Part shown: positions 41,134-50,678 of the stretch, piece by piece
Layout: every line of letters begins with the position of its first letter
How positions within the stretch are numbered: the first letter of the stretch is position 1
Assembly: GCA_051859245.1 (NCBI GenBank)
Contig: JBHYGA010000005.1
Coordinates: 577,313-641,312 of the forward strand
Reading direction: 5' to 3'
From: Gemmatimonadaceae bacterium
GTDB lineage: Bacteria; Gemmatimonadota; Gemmatimonadetes; Gemmatimonadales; Gemmatimonadaceae
Length of the DNA: 64,000 nucleotides
Translations under genes and position numbers: made by a program
The notes under the pieces: generated by a model
The model's database searches: none
Seen by the model: the letters and a program-made list of their open reading frames with translations, nothing else
Told to the model about the DNA's origin: nothing

Positions 41134-41525
41134 TATTCGTCATCCTCGTCGTCATCGTCATCATGTGCCGCACGTGCGGCAAGCTCTTCGTCGCTCAGCT
41201 TGGGCGCGCCGAGCACGCGCTCGACCAGCGACACCATGTAGCGCACGATGTTTTCGTCGAGCTTGAGGGCGCGCTCGAACTCGGGCAGGGTGCCCGGCGC
41301 CGCATTCACTTTTGCAATCGCGTAGTAGCCGGCTTCATGGCGACCGATCTTGTACGCCAGCTGACGCCGACCCCAATGCTCGATTTCCGCGGGCTCCGTG
41401 AGCTCCAGCAGGCCATGATGCTTCTCGAGCTTTTCAGCGATCGCCGCGTCTTCGAGCGCGGAATCGATGATATAGACGATCTCGTATGGACGCGTTGGCG
41501 CCATACGGGTCTTGTGTGTTGCCAC
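41133..41525 (-). CDS. rpsF: 30S ribosomal protein S6
   Basis: [34 protein letters not shown] 41525 follows a GGGAG RBS (alternative ATG 41504). Confidence 0.96.
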   Translation of the reverse strand: MATHKTRMAPTRPYEIVYIIDSALEDAAIAEKLEKHHGLLELTEPAEIEHWGRRQLAYKIGRHEAGYYAIAKVNAAPGTLPEFERALKLDENIVRYMVSLVERVLGAPKLSDEELAARAAHDDDDDEDDE

Positions 41526-41534
41526 TCGGCAGTT

Positions 41535-41601
41535 CTCCCTATGGTCGTGACCCGAAGGTCGGTTGGCCCCCCGGGGCTGCCGTGTTCCGGGAGGAGGGTA
41601 C
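41535..41601 (-). promoter_or_regulatory. Putative S6:S18 ribosomal-protein leader (cis-regulatory RNA)
   Basis: CCCU can pair with the AGGG of the SD; inner hairpin CCUCCCGG/CCGGGGGG followed by CCA; extra GACC-UUCG-GGUC hairpin. Confidence 0.65.
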
Positions 41602-41634
41602 CTCAGCAAACGCTGGTGTATCCAATAGCCCCTT

Positions 41635-41663
41635 AAGTTAGACCGACCAGGATCGACACACAA
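41635..41663 (-). promoter_or_regulatory. Sigma70-type promoter for the rpsF operon
   Basis: TTGTGT-N17-TAACTT on the minus strand. Confidence 0.55.
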
Positions 41664-41666
41664 GCG

Positions 41667-41692
41667 GGGGCGGCGCCCGAAGGCACCACCCC
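41667..41692 (-). terminator. Terminator-like hairpin after the His-rich lipoprotein gene
   Basis: GGGGUGGUGCC-UUCG-GGCGCCGCCCC, followed by CGCUUGUGU. Confidence 0.65.
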
Positions 41693-41714
41693 ATGTGCCG
41701 CTGCCAGCGCAGAC

Positions 41715-42983
41715 TCAGTTCGGCGCCCGCGTGCCCGGCCCGCCGTACTGCCGGTCCCCGCCCACGGTCGGTCCGTTTACGCCCACCCCATAATCGTTAC
41801 TGGTGGACGAGAGATACTGACGAATGCTGCCCGGGAACGGTGTGGTGCGGGCATTCTTGCCGAACGGGTCGGTGTACCAGATGGTCGGACCACCGGCGTT
41901 CCGCACCGTGTTGTTGTTTACGTCAATCTGTCGGCGCGCCCCGTTGAACGGCGATCGCGCATCGTCGTACGGCAGCAGCGCAAAGGCACTGCCACCCGAG
42001 GCCATCGCGCTGACGGCCTGCTGTACCGCTTCACATTCGTTGCCGCGCGGCCGGCGATCGTCGTGCACGTGCGCCGTGCACAGTGCGGCTGGACGGCCCA
42101 CATTATCCGGCGCGGTCGGATCAAAGAACCGGCTCGGTCGGAAGACCTGAAAGTATGGATCGAACGCGGCAATGGTCTTGTTGCCCTCGGCGGTACGCAG
42201 CGTGGTGTGTGTTTCCCAGCTTTCGTGCAGCGTGCCGAAATCAGACTTCGAGCCCGCGCCCACCATCACGCGTGATTCCATGCAACTCCAATGCGGAATC
42301 TTGCGGCGTCCGTCGCCCACGGGCGAGTTGACCGGCGTTGCCGGACCCACCTGGACGGATCCGCCACATGTGCGTTCGAACTCACCGGGTCGACCAATCG
42401 CCGAGAGCACCGTCACGTGCATCTCGGTTTTGTCCGAACACCGCACGTGATAGTTGAGTTCGTGCAGGTTGTTGGTGAACGCGTCTTTTGAGTGTGTGCC
42501 CTGATGCAGTTTGGTGAGCACATCGCAGCGCACTTCGAGGACGGATCCGGCGCCGCCGTTCGTGCGCATGAGCAGATCATTCTCCCACTCCACCTTGTGA
42601 CCGACGTGATCTTCGTGTCGGCGCAATCCCATGTTGGCCGCGTCGAGCTGTTCGTTGGCGTAACCGAACGCGAGATCACCCACCACGTTGTACAGTGCAG
42701 AGCCGCGTGGGTCACGCCCGTGTTCGTGCCCAAAGTTGCAGCTGGTAAGCGGATCTACTGGTGGATGCCAGGTTGGGTAACGTTTGCCGTCGGGTCCGAG
42801 CGTGCTGTAGCGATCATGCACGGCCTTGCTGCACTCACCCGGTCCGGGATTCCAGATGCCAAACGAAACGGCTGGCGTGGCGGCGTCAAGCTGCGGACCG
42901 GTAGGCTGCGTGGGGCCGCCATCATCTGCGGCGCACGCAACGAGCAGTACACACACAGCAACTGCTGCAATGCGAGACGACAT
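41715..42983 (-). CDS. Hypothetical His/Cys-rich lipoprotein
   Basis: GAGGAG RBS; lipobox LVAC; WHPP, GHEHG, HEDHVGHK, HQGTHS, HELNYH. Confidence 0.8.
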   Translation of the reverse strand: MSSRIAAVAVCVLLVACAADDGGPTQPTGPQLDAATPAVSFGIWNPGPGECSKAVHDRYSTLGPDGKRYPTWHPPVDPLTSCNFGHEHGRDPRGSALYNVVGDLAFGYANEQLDAANMGLRRHEDHVGHKVEWENDLLMRTNGGAGSVLEVRCDVLTKLHQGTHSKDAFTNNLHELNYHVRCSDKTEMHVTVLSAIGRPGEFERTCGGSVQVGPATPVNSPVGDGRRKIPHWSCMESRVMVGAGSKSDFGTLHESWETHTTLRTAEGNKTIAAFDPYFQVFRPSRFFDPTAPDNVGRPAALCTAHVHDDRRPRGNECEAVQQAVSAMASGGSAFALLPYDDARSPFNGARRQIDVNNNTVRNAGGPTIWYTDPFGKNARTTPFPGSIRQYLSSTSNDYGVGVNGPTVGGDRQYGGPGTRAPN

Positions 42984-42994
42984 GTGCATGCTCC

Positions 42995-43696
42995 TCAAAA
43001 CCAGGTGATGGCAAGTGTTGAACGCCACATGCCGAGGCGGGCGTTGTCGGCGGCCACATTGCCCGTGCGATCGCTCGTGAGTGCACCACCCGTGCTGGCT
43101 ACCAGGCTGAGCGACGGTGACAGAATCACACCACGAAACGGCACATCCCATCCGGCGCCGATCGACAGGGCGGGTGATGACGCATCAAAGCGCGCGTCGC
43201 CGTCGTCGACGGAAAACCGCGATGTGCCAATACCACCAATCACAAACAGCGCGCGTTCGCTGGACGGGTAGTGCCGCGCAATGACTTGCGTTCCTCGCGC
43301 CATGCGGTCCACACCATTGCCGATCACATCGAGCCACATCCACGTTTCCACGCCCACATGAAAGCGCGGGTGCGGTGTGCCGCCGATCGCGACATGACCC
43401 ATGAACGCGGGCGTCACGTCGGAGCGACATGAAGCGCATTGCAGCCCCGCACTGCCGCGTCCGCCGCCGGCTGATGCCCACAGGCCAACGCGTCGCGCAA
43501 AGGAGCGTGCATCGCGCGAAATCGCGCCAGGAGTCGCGAGACGCGGTTCCGAACGTTCAACCGTCGCTGAGTCGCGCCGTGCCGATTGCGCAGGCGCTTC
43601 CACCATCGGGACCAGCGCATACAAGGCGCATACAAGAGCGCTCAGGCGAAGCGCAGAACCAGTGAAGCCTGAAAGGGCGGGCATGTGAGTCTCCAT
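42995..43696 (-). CDS. Putative small outer-membrane beta-barrel protein
   Basis: Signal peptide; alternating Gly/aromatic beta-strands; C-terminal LAITWF; CASC motif. Confidence 0.7.
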   Translation of the reverse strand: METHMPALSGFTGSALRLSALVCALYALVPMVEAPAQSARRDSATVERSEPRLATPGAISRDARSFARRVGLWASAGGGRGSAGLQCASCRSDVTPAFMGHVAIGGTPHPRFHVGVETWMWLDVIGNGVDRMARGTQVIARHYPSSERALFVIGGIGTSRFSVDDGDARFDASSPALSIGAGWDVPFRGVILSPSLSLVASTGGALTSDRTGNVAADNARLGMWRSTLAITWF

Positions 43697-43880
43697 ACCG
43701 AACGAGGGATGAGCGGAAGCTCACCACGCTGCATTCGAACGCCCGCATCGCTCCGTGCCCAGCCTCACACGGCGTGTGTGATCACGCCCGCTGTGTGATA
43801 CGAGAAATCACCACCCACGCACGTGCACCGTGGGTGCACCGTGCGTGCAATTGTTCGCGCCGTACGGCAGATTGCACAAC

Positions 43881-44576
43881 ATGTGTGGACGATACGGATT
43901 GGCCGCGCCGACTCGGCTCGTTGAGCTCCCGCTCGGAGAGCTCGGCGTGGAGGAGGCGTCACTCGAAGCGCTGCGTGACGTCGCGCCGCGGTGGAATATC
44001 ACGCCGTCGCAAACGGTACAGGCGCTCGCCGCCGATTCTCGCGGTCTGCGTGTGGCGCCGCTTCGCTGGGGACTGATTCCGTCCTGGTCGAAAGACGCCG
44101 CGATCGGAAATAAACTCGCCAATGCGCGCGGCGATTCGGTGCGCAGCAAACCATCGTTTCGCAAAGCCTTCGCCGGTCAGCGTGCGCTCGTGTTTTCCGA
44201 TCTCTACTACGAGTGGCAGGCGCTACCGGGCGCGAAAGTGAAGCAGCCGTGGTGCTTTCGCAACGAAGACAACGGTCCGTTTGCTTTTGCCGCGCTTTGG
44301 GATCGGTGGCGCGGCGACGGAGCGGAGCAGGGCATCGAGACCTTCACGTTGATCACGATCGATGCCAACGCGCAGGCGGCCCAGGTACATCATCGCATGC
44401 CCGTGATTCTGCCGCCCGCGCACTATGCATCGTGGCTCGATATGCGCACACCACTCGACGATGTGGAAGCGCTGCTCACAGCGAGTCCCGAGCATTCGCG
44501 TCACGCGTTTCGCGTGAGCACCTGGGTGAACAGTCCGTCACACGACGACGCGGACTGTATCGCGCCGCTCACCTGA
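43881..44576 (+). CDS. SOS response-associated peptidase (SRAP; YedK/HMCES family)
   Basis: N-terminal MCGRY, WNITPSQ, WGLIPSW, NAR, YEW, HHRMPVIL, VS..VN. Confidence 0.95.
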   Translation: MCGRYGLAAPTRLVELPLGELGVEEASLEALRDVAPRWNITPSQTVQALAADSRGLRVAPLRWGLIPSWSKDAAIGNKLANARGDSVRSKPSFRKAFAGQRALVFSDLYYEWQALPGAKVKQPWCFRNEDNGPFAFAALWDRWRGDGAEQGIETFTLITIDANAQAAQVHHRMPVILPPAHYASWLDMRTPLDDVEALLTASPEHSRHAFRVSTWVNSPSHDDADCIAPLT

Positions 44577-44589
44577 CCGACTGCCGCGG

Positions 44590-45504
44590 TCAGCGCCTCG
44601 CGGACAACGTGCCCGCGCCACCGGCAGGCGGACGCACGTAGCGACGCAGATAGAGATTGATCGAGCCCACCTTCAAGCTCGATTTCATTTGCACCATCAT
44701 GCGATACGGATCATCGGTGATCCACACTTCTGCCTTGCCGTCTTCTGAGAAGATGCCGCGCGATTGAAACTGCGGCTGCAGCACCACCGTGGCGAACTCA
44801 CCCGCAGGTACTTTGATCGTTTCCTTGCGCAGTACACGAATGCGCACGGGATTGGCTTTTGGATTGAAGTAGCGTGGCACTTCGTACGTCTTGCCAACTT
44901 CCAAAGGAATGGTGCGCACGAAGTAGAGAAAGGAGCCGTCATCGAGCGGATTGCTGACGCTCTCTTCCTCTTCTTTATCATTCTCGCGAAATACCGCGCG
45001 CTCCGGAAACAGTTCGTACAAACGCGTGCGCTTGTAGTTACCCTCGCTCACGCGCTGATGGAAACGCATGGAGTTGAGCGTGAACACATCAAACCAGCTC
45101 TCCATGCTGTCGTCAACGCGAAAGAACGGAATGCCGCCTTTGATCGTGAACACGGTGTGCCACGTGGGCCGACCGCGCACGTCTTCAATCTCCTTCACTT
45201 CCATCACGCCCGTACCAACCGACTTCCACGAAAACTTGAGATCGAACTCCAGACGCTCGCCCACCGTAAACGGAACCGGCGCCATGCCTGGAATCAGCGG
45301 GGCGTACGGCGACGTGCCCTGCGCCGGATCCGGGAGCGGTGTAATCACACGCCGTGAGGTTCCCGTCTGAGCGCCGAGGTCGGTCGCCACGGCCGGTGCA
45401 GCAATCGCGGCCAGCGCGACCGCGAGCGCAGTCGCCGCAGCGCGGACGCGCGCCTTGCGAACACGAGAAAGCACATCAGAAGCGATCATGTCTGTTCGTA
45501 GCAT
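44590..45504 (-). CDS. DUF3108-like exported protein
   Basis: Signal peptide; F.VGE.L.F, LD..S.LY..R, E.IKVPAGEF, VWITDD..R. Confidence 0.8.
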   Translation of the reverse strand: MLRTDMIASDVLSRVRKARVRAAATALAVALAAIAAPAVATDLGAQTGTSRRVITPLPDPAQGTSPYAPLIPGMAPVPFTVGERLEFDLKFSWKSVGTGVMEVKEIEDVRGRPTWHTVFTIKGGIPFFRVDDSMESWFDVFTLNSMRFHQRVSEGNYKRTRLYELFPERAVFRENDKEEEESVSNPLDDGSFLYFVRTIPLEVGKTYEVPRYFNPKANPVRIRVLRKETIKVPAGEFATVVLQPQFQSRGIFSEDGKAEVWITDDPYRMMVQMKSSLKVGSINLYLRRYVRPPAGGAGTLSARR

Positions 45505-45639
45505 CTTTGCGGAGTCGAGGTGCCCGGTGTTGCCTGACTAAGGCAGCGACCGGCATCGCACACTGCATACCCGCGAAGTATCGATTAGGTGCACACGGTC
45601 AGGCCAGGGTCATAAGCACTGGCCCGACACATGTGTGGG

Positions 45640-46740
45640 CTACACGTTGAAGCGGAAGAGCAACACGTCGCCATCACGCACGAGATACTCCTTGCCCTCG
45701 CTGCGCACGACGCCCTTTTCTTTCGCGCCCTTCCATCCAGCATGCGCGACAAACTCATCGAACCCGACAGTCTCGGCGCGAATAAATCCGCGCTCGAAAT
45801 CGCTGTGAATCACGCCGGCCGCTTGTGGCGCGGAATCGCCATGATGAATCGTCCACGCGCGCACTTCCTGCTCGCCGGCTGTGAAATATGTTTGCAGCCC
45901 GAGCAGGTGGTATCCCGCGAGAATCAATCGATCCAGGCCTGCGCTCGTAATGCCGAGCGACGCCAGAAACTCCGAGCGCTCTTCCGGCGGCAGTTCCGAC
46001 AGCTCCGACTCAATCTTGGCCGAGAACGGTACCACTTCGGCGTGTTCGTTTCCGGCCGCGACGGTCTCGCGCAGCGCCTTGAGCAGACGTCCTTCATCGC
46101 CAGCCAACTCCGCATCGGTGACATTGGCCGCGTACAGCACCGGTTTGGCCGTCAACAGCTGTAGTCCCTCGAGTTGCTTGAGTTCATCCGTCGACAAGCC
46201 CGCACGCCACAGCGGCGTGCCAGCGCTCAGCGCCGCATTTGCGCGCTCCAGCGCGGGCAGCTCAATCAACGCGTCTTTGTCGTTCGTACGCGCCGCGCGC
46301 TTCACTTTGTCGAGACGCTTTTCAACTTGCGACAGGTCTGCGAGCGCGAGTTCAAGCTCAATGATTTCCTTGTCGCGCGCCGGATCCGGATCTCCCATCA
46401 CATGGGTCACGTCGGGATCTTCGAAGCAACGAATCACGTGAACGATCGCATCCGTCTCGCGAATGTTCTGCAGAAACTTGTTGCCCAGTCCTTCGCCCTG
46501 CGCGGCGCCTTTTACCAGTCCGGCAATGTCCACGAACTGCACGACGGCCGGTACCGTGCGCTTGGGCTGCACAATCTTGGCCAGCGCATCAAGACGTGCA
46601 TCCGGTACCTCGACCATGCCAACGTTCGGATCGACGGTGCAGAAAGGATAGTTCGCGGCTTCGGCTTTGGCCGACGTCAGCGCGTTAAACAGCGTGGACT
46701 TCCCAACGTTCGGGAGGCCGACAATGCCGAGTTTGAGCAT
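45640..46740 (-). CDS. ychF: Redox-regulated ATPase YchF
   Basis: GIVGLPNVGKSTLFN, ANYPFCT, DIAGLV, YFTAG..EVRAWTI, GKEY.V.DGD. Confidence 0.98.
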   Translation of the reverse strand: MLKLGIVGLPNVGKSTLFNALTSAKAEAANYPFCTVDPNVGMVEVPDARLDALAKIVQPKRTVPAVVQFVDIAGLVKGAAQGEGLGNKFLQNIRETDAIVHVIRCFEDPDVTHVMGDPDPARDKEIIELELALADLSQVEKRLDKVKRAARTNDKDALIELPALERANAALSAGTPLWRAGLSTDELKQLEGLQLLTAKPVLYAANVTDAELAGDEGRLLKALRETVAAGNEHAEVVPFSAKIESELSELPPEERSEFLASLGITSAGLDRLILAGYHLLGLQTYFTAGEQEVRAWTIHHGDSAPQAAGVIHSDFERGFIRAETVGFDEFVAHAGWKGAKEKGVVRSEGKEYLVRDGDVLLFRFNV

Positions 46741-46863
46741 GAAGAACCAGGGGTGCCAGGAGAAAAACGGCCAACGGGTGCGAAGCCGTGAAATCTAATC
46801 GGCCCGCACCCGCTATTCTCGCCTTCTGACCAACTGCCGTGGCCCATCGTGCACGACGGCCCG

Positions 46864-47541
46864 TCAGGCGTTCCGCTTCCGAGCACGCAGTATGAGGCCA
46901 CCGAGTCCGACGGCCAGCAGTAACAGCGTGCCGGGCTCCGGCACCGTCGCGGCGTACAGCTCGATCTCCGAGAGTGAATAGAAGCCGTCGCCCTCGAACG
47001 CGGAAACAGCGACAAAGCGGGCCGTTTGAAAGAGCGCGGGCTCATTCGGGAAACGATCCGACACCATCCCGGGTGCGCACGAAGGGCAGAGAATGTCGAA
47101 CCAGTACTGCCATTCGTCAGCGGCATCATTGCGCGTGAAGAAGGCGTACGAGTCGTTGTTGTCAAACGAGAAGCCCGCACCGGTCAGTGCGAACACGCTG
47201 CCCAGATCGATTTCAACGCGTGTGCTGAAGAACGATTCCGGCGCTTCGCCCGGTGTGCCGAACGCGCCACGATCCCACCACACCGTACCGGTTTGCCACT
47301 GCGTGCCGTCGGGAACGATCACGCCATCGGTGAGTGTGCTCAGCGACGCGGGTGCGGGGTTCGGCCACACAAAACCATCACGACTGGCATCGCCCCCGAA
47401 GGAGCCAAATCCTGTGACGGTTTTTCCGAGGGCCACATTGGTTTGCGCGTGCAGCGGTGTTCCAGCGGCGGCGAGTGTGGCCGCAACAAACGCAACGCAA
47501 ATGCACGCGCGTTGCAAAGCAGAGCTCGCTTGTAGGTTCAT
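46864..47541 (-). CDS. PEP-CTERM sorting domain protein with discoidin/F5-8-like domain
   Basis: AGGAG RBS; signal peptide; NVALGK.VT, IDLG, ARFV, SEIELY; VPEPG + TM helix + basic tail. Confidence 0.9.
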   Translation of the reverse strand: MNLQASSALQRACICVAFVAATLAAAGTPLHAQTNVALGKTVTGFGSFGGDASRDGFVWPNPAPASLSTLTDGVIVPDGTQWQTGTVWWDRGAFGTPGEAPESFFSTRVEIDLGSVFALTGAGFSFDNNDSYAFFTRNDAADEWQYWFDILCPSCAPGMVSDRFPNEPALFQTARFVAVSAFEGDGFYSLSEIELYAATVPEPGTLLLLAVGLGGLILRARKRNA

Positions 47542-47615
47542 CTTGAATTGCTCCTGTGTAGTTGAAGACACGCAGGATAGTGTGCGCCGCACATATCAAC
47601 TGTGATCTATGCACA

Positions 47616-47661
47616 ACAAAAATCGCCCGTCAGCGTGTGTTGCAACGCTGACGGGCGATTT
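47616..47661 (-). terminator. Intrinsic terminator of hppA
   Basis: Perfect 17-bp inverted repeat aaatcgcccgtcagcgt/acgctgacgggcgattt with U-rich run on the minus strand. Confidence 0.85.
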
Positions 47662-47694
47662 GTTCGTGTAACAGTTGCGGTACTGCTCAGTTCG

Positions 47695-49743
47695 TTACGC
47701 GAGGAACCACGGTGCGAGTACAAGACTCACCACGCTCATCAGCTTGATGAGAATGTTCATCGCGGGTCCGCTCGTATCCTTGAATGGATCACCAACGGTG
47801 TCACCCACGACTGCCGCCTTGTGTGGATCGCTGCCTTTGCCGCCGGCAACGCCGCCCTCAATCATCTTCTTTGCATTGTCCCAGGCACCACCTGCGTTGG
47901 CCATGAACAGTGCCATCATCACACCGGTTACCGTTGCACCGGCAAGCAGGCCACCGAGTGCGGCGACGCCCACAAACTTGCCAACGAGCACGGGCAGCAA
48001 AATCGCCGCGACGCCCGGCAGCACCATTTCACGCAGCGCAGCCTTGGTGGAAATATCCACACAACGTGCGGAGTCTGGCTTCACGCCAGGCTTGCCTTCG
48101 AGCAGGCCCGGAATCTCGCGGAACTGACGACGCACTTCTTCCACCATGCCCTGCGCCGCACGACCAACGGCGGTCATCGTTTGCGCGCCAACGAAGAACG
48201 GCATCACACCACCGATGAACAAACCAATCACTACCATCGGATCGATCAGGTTCAACGACTCGAGCTTCACCGCTGCAGCGTACGCAGAAAAGAGCGCGAG
48301 GGCGGTGAGTGCGGCGGAACCAATCGCGAAGCCCTTGCCGATGGCCGCCGTCGTGTTGCCGAGTGCATCCAGTCCGTCGGTGATTTTACGAACGTCTTTA
48401 CCGAGATGACTCATTTCGGCAATACCACCGGCGTTGTCAGAGATCGGACCGTAGGCGTCCACTGACATCGTGACACCAACCGTCGCGAGCATACCAACCG
48501 ATGCAATCGCAATGCCGTACAAGCCAGCCACCGAAAACGCGACGTAGATCGCGCCGCAAATCAGCAGCACGGGAATGATGCAGCTTTCCATGCCGATCGC
48601 GAGACCGGCAATGATGTTGGTGGCCGGACCAGTCTTTGACGATTCCACAATGCGTCGCACCGGACCCATCGCCGTGTAGTACTCAGTGACCAAACCAATC
48701 GCGATACCGGACACACTGCCCGCGAGCACGGCCCAGAACGGTCCGAGCGCCGGAAGCATCGATCCATCGGCGCGCGTCATGTTGAGTGGGAACGCCTGCG
48801 TCATAAAGTACGCAAACGCCAGGAACAGGCCGGCGGCAATGAACGTGACAAGTCGCAGTGCACTTGCCGGATCACCCTTCGCAAGAACGCGCATGGCCGC
48901 AATGCCGATGAGCGACGCGACCAAACCCGCGACGGTGTAGCCGATAGGCAGCATCATCGCGGTGAGACGCGTTGCTTCAGGCACAAGCATCGACGTGGCC
49001 GCCAGCGCAATCGTGGCGATGATACCACCCACGTAGCTCTCGAAAATGTCGGCGCCCAAACCGGCCACGTCACCCACGTTGTCGCCAACGTTGTCGGCAA
49101 TCGTGGCCGGATTGCGCGGATCATCTTCGGGGATTCCAGCTTCTACCTTTCCAACGAGGTCGGCACCAACGTCCGCCGCCTTCGTGTAGATGCCACCACC
49201 CACGCGTGCGAACAGCGCGATGGATGACGCACCCATGGCGAAGCCCGAGATGATCTCGGAGAACAGCGTCGCGTTGCCGGTGAGTTCATTGGGGGCGACA
49301 AACAGCAGAATCGCCGCGATACCGACCAGACCAAGCGACGCCACGGCGAGACCCATGATCGAGCCGCCACCAAACGCCACATTCAGCGCCGCCGCCTGAC
49401 CAGACGCACGCGCGGCCTCCGCGGTGCGCACATTGGCCGCCGTTGCGCCCTGCATGCCAATCCAGCCGGCCGCAATCGAGCACGCGCCACCAACGACGTA
49501 GGCGATGGCCGTCTTCACGCCAATCGCGTAACCGAGCAATCCGGCGACCACGAGCAGGAAGGGCACGAGCACGATGTACTCGGCGCGCAGGAAGGCCATC
49601 GCGCCGATATGAATCTCGCCGGCGAGGTCCTGCATGAGTTGATTGCCAGGCGATAGTCGCTTGACGCTGTAGAACGTAAGGATTGTCACGATCAGGCCGA
49701 TAGCACCGGCGCCGAGCGAGATCATCGGAAGGTTGTCGAGCAT
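47695..49743 (-). CDS. hppA: Membrane pyrophosphatase, K+-dependent type (probably Na+-translocating)
   Basis: [62 protein letters not shown]. Confidence 0.96.
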   Translation of the reverse strand: MLDNLPMISLGAGAIGLIVTILTFYSVKRLSPGNQLMQDLAGEIHIGAMAFLRAEYIVLVPFLLVVAGLLGYAIGVKTAIAYVVGGACSIAAGWIGMQGATAANVRTAEAARASGQAAALNVAFGGGSIMGLAVASLGLVGIAAILLFVAPNELTGNATLFSEIISGFAMGASSIALFARVGGGIYTKAADVGADLVGKVEAGIPEDDPRNPATIADNVGDNVGDVAGLGADIFESYVGGIIATIALAATSMLVPEATRLTAMMLPIGYTVAGLVASLIGIAAMRVLAKGDPASALRLVTFIAAGLFLAFAYFMTQAFPLNMTRADGSMLPALGPFWAVLAGSVSGIAIGLVTEYYTAMGPVRRIVESSKTGPATNIIAGLAIGMESCIIPVLLICGAIYVAFSVAGLYGIAIASVGMLATVGVTMSVDAYGPISDNAGGIAEMSHLGKDVRKITDGLDALGNTTAAIGKGFAIGSAALTALALFSAYAAAVKLESLNLIDPMVVIGLFIGGVMPFFVGAQTMTAVGRAAQGMVEEVRRQFREIPGLLEGKPGVKPDSARCVDISTKAALREMVLPGVAAILLPVLVGKFVGVAALGGLLAGATVTGVMMALFMANAGGAWDNAKKMIEGGVAGGKGSDPHKAAVVGDTVGDPFKDTSGPAMNILIKLMSVVSLVLAPWFLA

Positions 49744-49868
49744 TGGCGAGTGGTGAGGGTGAGTCTCGGGTGAGCAACCACAGCCCCCGAAGATAGCGCT
49801 CTACCACCGCTCTGGCGACCCGTCCCCGAGTATTCGCTGGGTCGCGTTGCCACGCGGCCCGCGGAAGC

Positions 49869-50678
49869 TCACCAGCCGGCCATCACGCCGAGCAGCAGTT
49901 GGCCATCGTTGTAGCGTCGCGCGCCACGAGCAACCGCGTCGCTGTCGTAGATGTTGAGCAAGGTGAGCGTGAGGGCGGTACGCTGCGAGAGACCAACCGC
50001 GACTTCGTGCTGCGCCTGCACCAGATAGCGATTGAGCGCGGTGGCGCTCGGCCGCCAGAAGACCACGTTCGAAACCCGGGTACGCTCGGACAAGGCGTGA
50101 CGCACCCGGAGTCTTGTCGACCAGCGAGTGAGTCGACTGGTGCGCTCAGGGACGCTATCTCCCGGACGCATTGAGCGAATCTGCTCATCCAGCAACGCCA
50201 CGCTGAGACTGAGATCGGTCGCCGACGTGCGACGCGCCGTGTACTTGACGCCCAGGCCGGCGTTATATCGGCTGGCGATGCGCTTTTCCAGGTTGGTTTC
50301 GACTGTGGCGAGCAGAAATGGCGACCACCTGGCGTGCGGCTTGAGGTCGGCGGTGAGCGAGCCGAGCCACAAGCGCTTGACCACTTGGCGCGGTGACGAA
50401 TCAAGTGATGCGTCGCCGTAGAGTGTTTGCAGTGCCGCGCTAAACTCGAGCAGCGAGTCCGCCCGTGAAATACCGCCCCTCGCGCCAAGGACGCGCTGCG
50501 CGGACTCGCCGTAGAGCAAGCTGCCGTTGAGCTGGGCTGAGCCGGACCAGACGCGAGTCGTGGCGGGCGGTTGTGCGTGCAGTGGTGCGCTTGGGAGGCT
50601 CGCGGCGATGGCACACGCAAGAGCCGTGGCGAGCCGACGCGCGCGGCGAGTGACCGCGCGATGATCGTACGCCGTCAG
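49869..50678 (-). CDS. DUF481-like outer-membrane beta-barrel protein
   Basis: Beta-strand pattern, RYNAGLGVKY, terminal W; frame open to CTG 50678, giving a full signal peptide. Confidence 0.72.
   Translation of the reverse strand: MTAYDHRAVTRRARRLATALACAIAASLPSAPLHAQPPATTRVWSGSAQLNGSLLYGESAQRVLGARGGISRADSLLEFSAALQTLYGDASLDSSPRQVVKRLWLGSLTADLKPHARWSPFLLATVETNLEKRIASRYNAGLGVKYTARRTSATDLSLSVALLDEQIRSMRPGDSVPERTSRLTRWSTRLRVRHALSERTRVSNVVFWRPSATALNRYLVQAQHEVAVGLSQRTALTLTLLNIYDSDAVARGARRYNDGQLLLGVMAGW

Noticed and set aside
41511..41665. Plus-strand ncRNA (6S- or SRP-like) suggested by cttgtgtgt/acacacaag pairing and G-U-rich stems
   Set aside because: No SRP or 6S hallmark motifs; better explained by the minus-strand rpsF promoter and leader
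43881..44576. Functional link between SRAP (abasic-site protection) and the UDG-like gene
   Set aside because: About 30 kb apart with no shared operon or regulatory evidence
47601..47615. CRP box upstream of the PEP-CTERM gene (TGTGA-TCTAT-GCACA)
   Set aside because: Spacer is 5 bp rather than 6; only one good half-site
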